This document shows positions 15,375-30,676 of a DNA stretch of 64,000 nt, in pieces (the first letter of the stretch is position 1; each line of letters begins with the position of its first letter). The notes beneath the pieces were generated by a model, which was not told the DNA's origin, did no database searches, and saw only the letters and a program-made list of their open reading frames with translations. Both the position numbers and the translations under genes were made by a program. Location: the NCBI RefSeq assembly GCF_009914755.1, contig NC_060929.1; one strand, written 5' to 3'. This stretch comes from the human T2T-CHM13v2.0 reference genome, Homo sapiens.

Positions 15375-18300
15375 TGAGAAATTTAAAAAATATTTTGGAT
15401 GAAATGAAAATGAACATAGAACTTATCAAACCTTGTGGAATACAGTAAAAGCAACGCTTAGAAGAAAATTTATCACATTGAATACATACACTAGAAAAGA
15501 AGACCTAAAATCAATGATGAAAGCTTCCACCTTAAAAAACTTGAAAAAGAGCATATTAAATCCAAAGTAAGCAGAAGAAATAATAAAAATTATAGTAGAA
15601 ATCAATGAAGTTAAAAACAGAAAATCAATAGAGAAAATCAAAATCAAAAGCTGGTTCTTTGAAAAGATCAATGAGGTTTATAGACCTCTGGCCAGGCTAA
15701 CTAAGAAAAAAAGACAGAAGATACTTGTTAATATCAGAAATATAGGAGGGGACATTACTCCAGATATCATAGACATTTAAAAGATAATAAAAGATATTAT
15801 GAAAAACCATACCAACCAATTTGATAACTTAGATGAAATGACCAATTCTTTGAAAGATACAATCTACCACAACTTACATGAGCAAAAAAGGACAATCTGA
15901 ATAAGACTATATCTGTTAATGAAATTCAATCAATTATTAATAACATTGCAAAACAGAAAGCACCAAGTCCAGATGGGTTCACTGGTGAATTCTACCAAAC
16001 ATTTAAGGAATAAATTATACAAATTATCTACTACCTTCTTCAGAAGATAAAACTAGACAGAATACTTGGTAACTCTCTCACTCACTCTATATGCTCAGCA
16101 TGAACTTAATACCAAAACCAGAAAAAGACATTACAAGAAAACTACAGACTAGTATATCTCATGAACGTAAATGCAAAAATCATCAACAAAACATCAGCAA
16201 ATTGAATAAAAAATATATAAAAATTAAATTTATAGCCCACCACCAGTGGAATTTACCCTAGGTATTCAAGGCTGGTTCAACATTCAAAAAAACAATTAAT
16301 GTAATCCACTAATCAACAGGCTAAAGAGGAATATCACATGATCATATCAATAGGTGCAGAAAAAGCATTTGACAAAATTCAACACCCATTCGTGATAAAA
16401 ACTCTCAAAAAACTAGGAATAAAGATAAATTTACTGAACATTTACAAAAAAAACCCTACAGCTAATATCATATGTAATGGTGAGAAACTAGACACTTTTC
16501 TTCTAAGATGAGGAACAAGGCAAGAGTATCCCCTCTCCTTTTCAATATCATACTGGAGGTCCTATCTAATTCAATAAGATAAAAAAGGAAATAAAAGGTA
16601 TATGCACTGGGAAGGAAGAAATAAAATTATCTTAGTTCATAGATGATGTGATCATTTATATAGAAAATCCTCCCTCCCAAAATTGGCAACAAAACTCCTG
16701 AAACTAATAAGCAATTATACCAAGGTGGCAAGATACAAAGTTAATATACAAAAGTCCATTGCTTTTTTATATTGAGCAAAAAACAAGTGGAATTTGAAAT
16801 TTAAAAAATTACTATATGCATTAGCACCAAGAAAAATGAAATGCTTAGATATAAATCTAACAAAATATGTACAAGATCTATATGAGAAAAATTAGAAAAC
16901 TCTGATGAAAGATATCAAAGAAGTAAATAAAGGTAAAGATATTCCATGTTCATGGATGAAAAGACATAATATTGTCAAGATGTCAGTTCTCCCCAATTCG
17001 ATCTATAGATTCAATGCAATCCCAGCCAAAATCCCAGCAAATTATTTTGTGGATATTAACAAATTGATTCTCAAGTTTATATGGAGAGGCAAAAGACCCA
17101 GAATAGCCAACTTGTTATTGAAAGAGAAGAACCCCATCAGAGAACTGAAACTATTTGACTTTAAGACTTGTGATAAAGCTACAGCAATCAATACAGTGTG
17201 ATATTGGTGAAAGATTAGGCAAATAGGTCAATGAAACAGGTTAGAGAGCCCAGAAATAGACCCACATAAAAAGTGTCAACTGATATTTGACAAAGGAGCA
17301 AAGGCAGTACACTGGAGCAAAGATAGTCTTTTCCGTAAATTGTACTGGAACAACTGAACATCCACATGCTACAAAACGAATTTAGACATAAGTCTTACAT
17401 CTTCCACAAAAACTAATTCAAAAGGATCATAGATGTAAATATAAAACACAAAACTACAAAAATCCTAGAGGATAATATAGGAGAAAAATCTAGGTGACTT
17501 TGGGTATGGCAATGACTTTTAGGTACAACACCAAAAACATAATTCATGAGAGAAATAATAAGTTGAACTGTATTAAAATTAAAAACTTCTACTCTCCAAA
17601 AGATAATGCCAAGAGAATGAGAAGACAAGCCACAGACTAGAAGAAAATATTTGCAAAACACATCTGATAAATGACTTATTCAAAATATACAAAGAACTCT
17701 TGAAACTCAACAATAAAACATAAACAACCCAATTTAAAAATGGGCAAAAGACCTGAACAGACATCTCAACAAAGAAGATATATAGATAGCAAGTAAACAT
17801 ATGAAAAGGTGTTCCATATCATGTCATTACAAAAATGCAAATTAAGACAATACTACCACTACATACCTAATAGAATGGCCAAAGTGCAAAACACTGACAA
17901 TACCAAATGCTGATGAGGATGTAGAACAATAGGAACTCTTATTCATTACTGGTGGGAAAACGAAATGGTACGGCCATTTTTGGAAGACAATGTGGCAGTT
18001 TCTCACAGAACTAAATACACTTTTACCATACAATTCAGAAATCACACTTCTTGGTACATCCTCAAATGAATTGAAAAGTTATATCCACCCAAAACCTGCA
18101 CATAGAAGTTTATGGTAGCTCCTATACATGGAAGTTTATGGTAGTTTTATTCATAATTGCTAAAACTAGGAAGCAACCAAGATGTCTTTTGGGAGGTGAA
18201 TGGATATATAAACTGCTCTATATCTAGACAGTGGGATACTTATTAAACACTAAAAGAATTGAGCTATCAAGTCATTAAAAGACATGAAAGAAACTTAAAT

Positions 18301-20707
18301 GCATATTACCAAGTAAAAGAAACCAATCTGAAAATGCTATATATTTTATGGATCCAACTACATGACATTCTGGAAAAGACAAGGTTATGGAGTCCATAAA
18401 AAGATTAGTGACTGCCAAGGGCCTGTATGGAGGGATGGATGAATAGCAGAGCACAAAGGACCTTTTAAGGGCAGTTGAAACTACTATGTATACTGCAATG
18501 GTGGATATATGTCATTTTACATTTGTCAAAACCTATAGAATGTACAACTTCAAGAGTGAATCCTAATATAAACTATGAACTTTGGGTGATAATTATGTGC
18601 TAACGTAGGTTCATAAATTGTAACAAATACACCATGGTGGTGTGGGATGTTACTAGGCGGGGAAATTTTGCATGACTGAGAACAGGCAGTGTACAGAAAT
18701 CTGGGAAGAATTTCTATACTTTCTGCTCCACTTTTCTGTGAACTCAAAACTGCTCTAAAAATAAAGTTTATTATTTTTTAAAAAAGAAATAAAGTATTGA
18801 TACTTGCTACAACATGAATGTACCTTGAAATGGTTTTGCTAAGTGAAAGAAGTCCATTATCGGAGTTCACATATTATATGATTCCATTCATATGATAGTC
18901 CAGAGTAGGGAAATCTATGGAAACAGAAGAGAGTGGTGGAGAATAGTGGGTAAGAGCTAATGGGTACAAAGGTTTTTTTTTTTTTTGAGGTGATTAAATG
19001 TACTAAAATTGGCTGTAGTGATGGTTGCACACTAAAATCTACTGAATTGTACACTTTAAGTGGGTGAATTTTATGGTATGTAAATGACAACTCAATAAGT
19101 TGTTTTAAAAAGGTAAACATAACCTTAACACTAGCAAAACAAAAAGGAAATGAAAGAAAGAATGAACAGCAAAGAAAGTGGTAAATTTAAATGAACACCA
19201 ATGGAGCCTTAAAAATATATGTAGAATTAAAATACACAGCAACTATAATACAAAAGTCAGGAGGGGGATGAATGGTGTTAACATGTTCTAAAGTCTTTCT
19301 ATTTGTGAGGAAGATAAATATACAAATCAATTAGACACTGATGAGTCAAGGATGCATGGGTAAGCACTAAAAAGTAAATGACTTCCAAATTAGAAGAGAA
19401 AAAAAATCCCAAAGAAGTCAATACATAAGAGAAAATGAAACAGTTATAGGCAGAAAAAAGAACTATTAGCAATTATATTAAATGTAAATGGACTAAATTA
19501 TTCTCTTAAAAGATTAACACTGTCAGACTCGGGGGGAAAATACGAAACCTAACTATATGCTATTTATAAGGGTCACATCTAAAACATAAGAATACAGAAT
19601 GGTTAAAAATAAAAAGATAGAAAACGAAATACTATAGAAGTGCTGAGCAAGGGAAAACTGATGTAGCTGTGTTAAATTCCTATAAAATAGGCTTTAAGAA
19701 CACACAAGTGTTCACAGCATAATTTGTAATACCCAAATATGAAACCATCCAAATATTCATTGAGAGTACAATGGATAAATTGTAGTATATTCATACAATG
19801 CAAATGAATGAACTACTCACAACCTTGGTTCTTAAAAATATAATGTTGAGCAAATTGGAGTAAGGCACAAAAGAATACATACAGTATGAATCTATTTTTA
19901 AAAGCATTTAAAAAACAGGCAAAACTAACAATTTTATTTAGGGAGGAATAACTAGGTGTCTATGAAGGCTCAATTCAGCCTGTCCACATTAAGGGTTCTT
20001 CCTGCAGAAATACAGGGAGATTTTTGGCAGGCTCTATATCTGGATGGGCTCTGCCCATGGTAATGAAGGGCCAGGGCAAGGTGGGGAAATTTAGAGGCCA
20101 GGATGAGCCTAACAACCACATAAAAATTGAGGCTTCTTTGACCACTTCATGCTAAGGGCAGAGAAGGTTCCAAGGGAAGGGATGATAAGGGTGGAGCCAT
20201 AGAGGAGAGAACAGAGCCCTTCTTATCTTCCTGGCCTGTACTGTCTGGCCCCAAGGTGCCAGTACTGGCTGCCTTCTTGGGCCACCTTTTGGGCTGGTGT
20301 GGCCATATTTAGTATCACATGACTCTTATTCCCAGCTGACTCATCCACTGCAAGCTTGGGATCCTGGACTCCACAGCATGTAGAACTAAAGGTGCTTAGG
20401 CCAATTTCCCCTCTAGTGCATTGAACAAGGGAGGTCTCAATACCTGAATTGCAGGAGCAATTAGGATAATATAATCTCAGGCTATTTCTATAGTTAGGTT
20501 GGCTCAGAGTGGGGTTTCAGTAGGAATAGGGTTTTCCAACAGTGGCTTCAGCTCGGTACCCCAAAGCTGATCTTTTCCCTTATCTCCTGTGTCTGATTTG
20601 GCCACATCTGCAGCTGGTTGCGGAGTCTGCATAAGTGAGTGCTTCCACTCAGACCATCTGATGCTTCAAGTGGCAAAAGTAGAAAGTGCTGGTGACATTT
20701 TACTTGA

Positions 20708-21009
<302 letters not shown>

Positions 21010-22190
21010 GACGTAGTGATTCTTACAGGGTGAAAGTGATGCATGGCTTCCCTCCCTCCTGCTCTCCTGCATTATCTCCTTTCTTCCTGCCCTCTCTTCT
21101 TTTTTTACTCTTGATTAGCATTAGGATCTTAGTTGCATATTTGCAACTGTTATTACAGAAATCAATCTGGACTTGTGCAAAAAAAGGGTTTATTGCAAGG
21201 ATCCTGGCTTGGCAGCTTGTAGAAGGACTGAGGGAGAGGCTGGTGAGCCAAGGACACACAGAGACGTCATCCTCAGATCTGATTAGAACACTGCTACTGC
21301 TGTCCTGGCTGCCACTGGCCACTGGTCCACTGGACTTGCAACTCCATTCTGCTGCAGCCCAGTACTCAAGGTCCCAGATGCCACCAACTCTGTGATGAAA
21401 TAGGAAGGATTTCTGCTTCTTTCTGTCTTGCATACATGTTTGTGTCCCAGATGGAGTCACTGGACAGGCTGGCTGAATTTCAGGGGCCAGGAAAACGTAT
21501 GTCTGGCCTGTTCGGCTTCCGTAGAGAGAGGTGGTGCTCAATAGGACTTACACAGTGGCTGTTTCTTCAAACCCAGGAAGGGGCTCTGATGTTGGGCGCA
21601 CAAAAAAGTGATGAGCACAGACTGCAGTGTCGTACTTCCAGTGCTGGGCACCGAGGGTGAGAGGAGAGTCAGGCACAGCCCTTGCCACCAGATGGGATAC
21701 AGATGCATGATAAATTGCAACATGGGGATCAAAGGGCCACCAAGTTAGCACAAAGGACAGGGAATCCAGCCTCAGTTTCCCCATCTGTAAAATGAGAGTA
21801 GTAGTCATAGTGCTTGTCTCCTATGGCTGTTGTGAGGAATAAAAATAGTATATGTAAATTACCTTCTATTGCACGGGCATGTGTGGGGCACTGGACTAAT
21901 GGCAGGTGTTGGCATTAAAGAGGCAGTTCAGCACAGTGGTCGGGAATGTTGTCATTCTCGCTTTGGGGCCCCATGGCCCTTCTTCAGGTACAGAATAGTG
22001 AAGTGGTAAAGACCATAGGCTCTGGAGCCAGACTGAAACCCAGTTCTCACTCATACTAGTTAGGGGGCTTTGGCTGACTTACTTTAAGTGGCCACACCTC
22101 AGTTTCCCTATCTGTAACCTGGGAGTGGTCATGATATCTCATACAGCTGCTGTGAGGATTACACAAGTAATAGCTTTAAAAGGTCTCTGG

Positions 22191-22512
<322 letters not shown>

Positions 22513-23065
22513 TTACAATCTTAAATAAATGCTAGTAATTTTTATTTTTCAGAGACCTATTGTGGGCACAAAGCCCTGACAAACTCCAGACAGCCCTGTT
22601 TTGGATGGAGACAACAATCGCACATGACAACTAAAGAGGAGTAAGGCATGGAGCTAGTGAAGGCTGAGCGTGCTGTTCTGACTCTGTGTCAGCAGCCTCA
22701 AGCCTCCGGGGCACAGCCCATGTGTGTCTGCAGCCTCCCAGATGCCGCCAGCTCCCACCAAGTTCCTACTGATCCCCTACCAGCCTGTTCCGCACCCAAG
22801 CCTTCCATCTTGGTTTGGCCTTATCACAATTTTCACAGCACACCTGTCTTGCTCAGGATTCTCAGGATTTTGAACTCCACCAAAGACTTGAGGGGTAATA
22901 GAGTCAAGTGCCATCTGGCCCTCTGCCATCTTGCTCAATCCCATTCCCCAGACTGCCCCGGGCTCTTTCCTTGTTAGTTGTAGGGCAATGTGGTCTAATC
23001 TTTCTTTCCAAGTCTTTTCTTGGGAGCAGCCTTGTCATCTAGTCTGCCTTCTCCTTACTCTGGGA

Positions 23066-23260
23066 CAGTGGTTCTCAATCAGGGATGATCTTGTATTCCA
23101 GGGACATTTGGCAGTGTCCAGAAACGTTTTTTATTGTCACAATGGGGGCTGGAGTTAGGGAAGTGCCACTGGTATTTGCAGGTAGAAATTGGGGATCTGC
23201 TAAACATCCTATAATATGCACAGGGCAGTCTCCTACGAGGAAGAATTTTCCAATCCCAAG
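23066..23260 (+). mobile_element. MER20 hAT DNA transposon fossil
   Basis: CAGTGGTTCTCAA...GGGACATTTGGCAGTGTCC...TTGTCACAA...CTGCTAAACATCCTA. Confidence 0.85.
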
Positions 23261-23294
23261 GCTAAGAAGCCGCTTTCTAGGAACCGCGCTGAAT

Positions 23295-23900
23295 GAAATG
23301 GTCTGTATCTTGTTACAGTACAAAAGTATAAAGAGGAAGGCAAAAATGCCCCCCAGTCGTACTATCCAGAGACAACTAGTCTTCATTTTGGTATCATCCC
23401 TCCAATCTGCATATTTACATGTAGATTTAGAGATGTGCATAATTTGACAGAAACATGCTCATGCTATATGTGCTATTTTGCAACCCATTTTTTTTTTCAC
23501 TCAACAACATATGATGGGTATCTTCCACTGTCAACAAAAGTAAATTTGCAACATCTTTTTTAGAAGGCCGCATGGCATTCCATAGTAGGGATGTAACACT
23601 TCATTTAGACAATCCCTTATTGATGGATATTTAGATCATTTCCAGTATCTTGCTGTTATAAACAACACTGTGATGAATATCCTTGTATATACATCTTAGT
23701 GCACTTGTCTGAGTAAATCCTTAAGATAAATTCTAAGAGTGGAATTGCTGGCCAAAGAATAACATGCCCTTTTTGGACTTTGGATACTCAATGCGGAACT
23801 GCCACTTTAAGGCATATTAACTTACACAACTCCAGCAGGGCACTGGGGTACCTATCTCTCTGCTCCTTCTTCCACCCTGGATATTATAAATAGTCTTAAT
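23295..23900 (-). mobile_element. L1ME-type 3' fragment
   Basis: Antisense L1 3' motifs (TTTTTTCACTCAACA, TATTGATGGATATTTAG, GTGGAATTGCTGG). Confidence 0.7.
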
Positions 23901-24238
23901 CTGCAAAAGCAATTGTTTAAAGCATTAGCAGGGAAGAGCCAGGAATGCTCAAAGCTAAGTGTCTGTGTTTCTCTTTGGCTGTTGAAATCCTGGGATTTGA
24001 GGTATCCCTTCTGGAGCCTGATTTTATTTTCTCTCCCTGAGCCCCGCTCCCTTTGTGGACTCCTCAGCCAGGCCAGGGCAGATAAGAGGAATTTGGTGAA
24101 CAGACTGGGGGCTCCACTTTGGGGCTGCTGCTTCCCGGTCCTGTGGTCCTCTCTGCGTGGCTGAGAACTCTCCTGTCTTCCTCGGTGGCTGCTCTGCTCC
24201 CTGGTAGTGAAGGAATCAGGGGTGTGTTCCCGCTGGGG

Positions 24239-24532
24239 CCACCTCTGTCTATGGCTTTAACCATCTCTATCTATGGGGCCATCTCAATCTATGTATGGCC
24301 TTAACCATGACCATCTCTATCTATGGGGCCATTTCTATCGATGGCCTTAACCATCTCTATCTGTGGGGCCATCTCTATCTATGGGGCCATCTCTATCTAT
24401 GGCCTTAACCATCTCTATCTATGGGGCCATCTCTATCCACGGCCTTAAACATCTCTATCTATGGGGCCATCTCTATCTATGGCCTTAACCATCTCTACCT
24501 ATGGGGCCCCATCTCGATCTATGGCCTTAACC
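24239..24532. repeat. Compound minisatellite: 14 copies of a 16-bp core CCATCTCTATCTATGG with GG or CCTTAA linkers (~40-bp higher-order period)
   Basis: Parsed directly from the sequence. Confidence 0.95.
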
Positions 24533-24868
24533 TGAAGCCTCCCCTGTTCCTTGTGCTCAGCAGGGCTGCTCCCTTTTCCTGGTGAAGTCTTACATAATAC
24601 TAGCTCATACGGACACAGTGGTTTCAAGCTTACAGTGTGTGGGGTTTCTTTTGTTCCTGGTTTCCATGATTCCTCCCAAGAGCCACACGAAGTGGTTATG
24701 ATTCTTGCCCTTATTTTTCTCAATACAGTAACTGAGGCTCAGAGAGAGGAAATGCTTGGCCTAGTCCCACTGCAGGTGAGCAGTAGGGCAGGTGGGATTT
24801 GAACTTACACCTTCTGTTTTAAAACGTACCCAGGATTTGTCTAAATTAGGTATGGTAAGACCCACGAC

Positions 24869-25480
24869 TGTCACGAAGGACGAAGTGTTTATACTTACAC
24901 AACTTCCAGCAGGGCACCGGAGTACCTATCTCTCCGCCCCTTCCTCCACACGGGATATTATAAATTGTCTTAATTTGCAAAAGCAATTGTTTAAAGCATT
25001 CTAGGTCCCTAGAAACAGGAGGCATCGCACGCCGTGCAAGGCCACATGGGGAAGCGCCAAGGTTCAGCAGGAGGTAGAAGGAGTGAGGGAAGGGGTTGTC
25101 CAAAAGTCTTGATTGTGGTTTCCATGGGAAAAAATGGGTGAGACAGGTTAAGCAGGTTTAGGACTGGCCGGTTTGAATAATTTCAGTGGGCTCCCAGGTG
25201 TAGGGACTACCTCTCATAGTCTGATACTCGGCCCTGGATTGATTAGGGCAGGAGGATATGGGAAGAAGGGGCTTGATATGGGAAGAGTTTGATGGGTAGT
25301 TGGAAAAAAGATAAAGTCCAGTTGGGCTAAATTGATTGACATGCATATGGAAGGGACGCTTGTAAGGAAGGCACACTTGTTTGCTATTTCTAAAAACTGG
25401 CTAGCCCTGGGAAGGGCAGTCTCTCCTCACTCAGTGGGGCCACAGATGCCAGAGCATCAAGCATACAGAAAATAAGAAAA
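24869..25480 (-). mobile_element. ERVL-class LTR (MER76/MER77-like, name tentative) interrupted by a 108-bp local duplication
   Basis: GCAAGGCCACATGGGGAAGC and TTTAGGACTGGCCGGTTTGAATAATTTCAGTGGGCTC motifs. Confidence 0.55.
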
Positions 25481-28400
25481 TACACACCTCCCAACTCTGT
25501 GGTGCTGGGCTGAACCTGTCTCAGGTCAGCCTGTGCACTTTTCTGCTCCCCACACCCATTCTGTGTGTCTGGGATAGCTTTCCTAGAGAGAAACCTTCTC
25601 TCCAAATGACCTCCACATATTGAGAGTCTCCTGGGGTGTAACGCATCAGTGTGCTATTTTGCTTCATCCTGGTAATGACTCTGGAAGGAAGCAGTCATTA
25701 TTCCTGTTTTTCCGGTGAGTTCTGAAGAGGGGAAGTGGTTGGATCCAGGGCACGCAACTGAGCTGGACCAGGTGTCCTCACTCCAGGGCTTCTGCTCAAA
25801 GAGAAGGAGCTTGCAACGAATGCTTGTTTCATATGGAATAGGAAAGAGGGGAAGGTATTTAAGAAAGTTACCCTGCACATTTATCACACCTGCTGGTAGA
25901 GGAGCTGGTTTTAGCTGATGGAACTTCTTGCTGTTTGGCTTTGAGGTTCTCACAAAAGTTTGTAGAGAGGCTGCTTGGTTTGTCCCTGGTCTTGTCCACT
26001 CCTCCAGCCCTGTCCCCCCTCAAGCCCATGCCTGATATCTTCCCTTTCTCCTAAATTTATCTGTCCAGTGTTCTGCCATTTCAGGAGCTTGTGTCAGTAG
26101 GAGCCAACTGATGTGAGGTTGTTTGCAAGGAACAGAAACCAAACTCAAATGGGATTACGCCAAAAGATATTATTGGCTCCTCATAGCCAGTCTGAGGAAA
26201 GGCTGGGAATGGAGCTGGTCTTAGGGCCTCATGTGCCACTCGCTACTCCCAGCTTTGCCCTTTTCTCTGGCTTTGGCTCTAGCTCTGGGCTCTGTGGCTT
26301 CATACCCTTCCAGGTCCATGGCCCAAGGGACAAGAAGAGTTTCTCCTGCAAATCTTGTCGGAAAAAAAATCCCAGAGAAGATCTCTGATTGGCCCGCTTT
26401 GGGTCACATGTCCTTCTCTGGACCAGTCAGTGGCCAGGGGAATGGAATGCTAAGATTGGTCCAGACTGAATCACGTGCTGCCTTTATGGGAAACGGGGCT
26501 AAGATTTGTTACCAGGAGAAGAAGTTCCTGGGGGAATATTTTGGACAATTGAAGAAAATATGCTTTTGACTGTCTTGTCAAGTAACATGTTCACACTTTC
26601 ACAAGGGACTTCTGAGGATAGAATGCCCTAATGCAAGGAGATGGAATGGTGGGAATTTCAGGCACTATGACAGGAATTTAATGGAAATATTTTTGGCTTA
26701 GGAGAAACTTGGCTTCTAAGCTTGAAAATGACTCCATCTTTTTTTTTTTTTTTTTTTTTTTTTTTTGCCAGCAGTGCCCCACCAGCAAATTCCCAGAGTG
26801 AAAACTAGTATGTATATACTGTATTTTAGAATGGTGTGGGAGTTTATGTTTCTGAAATTAGAATGCATCTTATAATTGAAGTGCATATTTAATGTGTTAC
26901 CAGGCAATAGACTGTATTAGTTAAAAATGAGAGATCTTTCATTGGATGAATTTAGTTCAAATCTTGGTTCTACCAGTTCCAAGCTGTAGAAAAGTTAAAT
27001 CAAATGACTTAACTTTGCAGCAACCTCCATTTTGTGTATGCAACATGGTGCTGGTAATAATATCTACCTCACCTAGTTATTGTGAGGAATAAATTAAAAA
27101 ACAGATATGATTGAGCATAGTGCCAGACACACAGAAAAGCCTCAGCAAATATTAGCTATTATTTTATTTATCTAATATTTGTAAACCTACAAGCTAAAAT
27201 CAAATTAATGGTTTAGAGTAAGGGTTCTTGATTGGAAGCTGCAGAAATTGACTTTTAAAGAGAAAGGGGACTTTTAGAAGGCATATCAGGGCTCATAGAA
27301 TTGATGGGAGGCTGTAGACTCAGGCTTGATAAGTGGGCAGAACAAAATAGATCTAGGGGGGATCAAGAATCAGGAAACACAATAACAGTCAAAATCAGAA
27401 ACCACTCTAGATATTTCAAACAGTAGGTATTTAATACAGGGAATTCATTACAAAGATGTTGGAAGGGCTGACAAGCAAAAGAGAGAAGACTCACAAGGAA
27501 GAATAAGGCTGTTTTCTACAGGACAGGAAGCTGCCACCAGTCCCTGGGCTGGAGCCTGAGAGCCCACATGCCCCACTGAGCTGCTGGAGGTGCCACTGCT
27601 CCTGCTGTTAAAACCTCCTTACTGTAGCTGGGTAGGAATCCCAGGGCCATACTCCTGCAGATGCAGCTACATCGATGCTACTGGAAGTCCCCTGCAGTTA
27701 TGCTCAGTTGTTTGCTGCTGCTGCTGAAAGCCATTGCCAGAAACCTGAAACAAATGGCTTCTCCCTTCTTCTACCTTCTAACTTCCTGTGAATGCGTCCC
27801 ATTGGCAGACCCTAATAAAAGGTCATTGCAAGGGAAACTGGGAGAGAAAGTTTGCAGACTCCCAACCCTGATGGTACAGAGGAGGTAGCATGGGGGAGTG
27901 AGGAGGTGAGAGGCATGGACACCACTTAGTTTTTGTCCTTATCAGGAATAGGGTGGCCTAGGCACTTTTGTCCTGACCATGGGTATCCCTCTGGCACTTG
28001 GCACTTTGAATGCCAAGCTCTACGTGGGAGCACTTCACACACCCTGGTCAACAGGGAGTGGTGAGAGGGAGAGTAGATCCCCATTTCGATTTGGGGGAGG
28101 CCTGGGGGCCCTGAATCTTCCAGGAGCATACACAGTGTCAGGGGGTTCACAAACTGAAGTGATGGGCATGGTGCTGAGAAGCCTCCAAAAGGACAAATAT
28201 TCAACTTGATGAAGTACCTCACAATCAACAGAGACTGAATGAAAACACTAGGGATGGTGCTGCCATTTTTACTAGAAGGACAAGGTAGTGACAAGACATT
28301 GGGTGAATGTCAAGAGGCAGGAGATGGCTAGTGACCCCCTAGGAAAGTGGCGAGGGTTAGAACTGACAGTACACAAGTCCTTCAAACCTGCATCTGGCTT

Positions 28401-30184
28401 CACTGTATGTGCAGAGTGCTGAAGGAGGGGCCAGAGGAGCTGGGTCTGCTGATGCCCACTCCAGAGGCAGGCTCAGGGCAGGCCCATCAGCACCACAGCA
28501 GGAGACAACAGCGAGCCCTCGGCGGGCACCAGGCCAATGCTTCCCACGTACTCCTCAGGTAATCCTCGCAGAACACGTCAAGCACACACTATTAGCATCT
28601 CATTTTACAGAAGTGGAAACTGAGGCACAGAGTCGTAAGATAAGTTATCTACAATCACACAACCGTTAAGAGGAGAAGCCAGAAGTCACCTATAGAATCC
28701 GGAATCTGTTTGAGTCCAGAGCCTGTTTACTGATTTTAAGGGCTGAGAAGTAACTCCTTTAGGATTTTCTAACCTACAGATGGAGAAACGTGGACATCTT
28801 GGTGGGGGTGGGGAAATTCAGCCTACCGATCCCCAAAATGTGTTCGAGTTCTTTATTCATTCAAGTAGTAAGAAGTGAAACTGAAAATTTCAGAGGAAGC
28901 TCCATGACACAATAAATATCAGAAACTAAATTACATGTTGAGATGAGTTCCCCTGGGCACTTGTGAAATGATTTATCCAGCCTCTGGTGACCTGACTCTT
29001 CAGCCCCTCACTCACGTGGAGGCTGTAAAAAGGAAGCGAATGAAGCTTGGGAGAGGAGCTGGGGCCAGGAGCCCCACCCTATCCCAAGAGTGCTTTTTCT
29101 TTTACTTCAGGTCAAGAGAGAGGAATTTCAATAGAACACTTGGAGGGCTTCATCCCTGTCCCTTGCAGTCAGGGGATACAGTAGTGGGCAGTGTCTGGCT
29201 CTCGCTTGGAAAATCGACAAGATAAGACCATCTTAGTGATTTCACTGACTGCCCCAACAGCAGACGTGAAAGAGAGGTTGTGGCCGCAGTGGGATTGGCC
29301 ACCTTCTCGAGTTTCTTGGGGAAGGCATACATGGACATTTCCCATGGATTAGATGAGGGCCACAGGGCAAAAGGGCTGGAATGAGACCATCCAAGGTCTG
29401 TCCAAAAGGCCCCCTCCCCAGGAGAAGGTGAGCTCTTAGCAGCTGGAAGCTGGAGGGGGCAGCTGATTCCGAAAGGCTATCGACAGAGGAAGCAATGAGA
29501 CTCAAGAGATGACATCACCCACATTGAGGGCCTAGCACTGGGTGGGGAGGTCTCTGAAGAACTCACAAAAGCACCCACGAGAATCAGCTTTATGCTTGCA
29601 AGCAGAGGACAGTATAAGGCAGTCCCCATCAAGTGGACCCTCTCCTGTCCCCTTTTACCTCCCCTCCATTCTCCCTGCCATCCCCATCCAAGTGCAGAAC
29701 AGTGACAGCAGCTGGCAAGTGAGAAAGGGGGTGAGTGGGAAGGAAGAAACTGGCCTACCTTACCTTCTTCGCAGAAGGCAGGCAGTCTTCCTGCAGCAAG
29801 AGGTGGCTCTCATCCAAGCATCCTCTAAGCATTTCCAGGGCACCTGCTTGACACCAGGTCCTGCTTGGGCATGAAGGCAGTAGGGTCATGGGTGAAAGTG
29901 AAACGAAGCTGTGACTCCAGCAGAGCCCCTGCCATCTAGAAGCTCCCATTCTAGCCTAAGAGGCTGGCATAGAAAAGGTACTTACAAAATGGTGGGATGC
30001 ATAACAAAGGCTCATCTTCATTGAGTATCTACTCTGTGTGCTAGGCACTTTGCCTGGATGCTTGCTCAATCCTCCTAACAACCTCGAGATGAGTACTGTT
30101 GTGCCCATTTTACAAACGGAAAACTTGGAGCTCCAAGAGGTTATGTGGATTTGAACTCAGTGCTATCTGACTCCAAATGTGAAG

Positions 30185-30676
<492 letters not shown>

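Noticed and set aside
16905-17201. ORF with reverse-transcriptase-like sequence as a functional RT or retron-like gene
   Set aside because: It is an open remnant of decayed L1 ORF2; the surrounding ORF2 has stops, frameshifts and an Alu insertion.
18095-18144. 24-bp tandem doublet in the L1 3' region
   Set aside because: Ordinary slippage duplication in a dead element.
24239-24532. CRISPR-like array (repeat with palindromic ends plus linkers)
   Set aside because: Linkers are 2-6 bp and of only two recurring kinds, not unique 30-40-bp spacers; there are no cas genes and the context is eukaryotic. It is a minisatellite.
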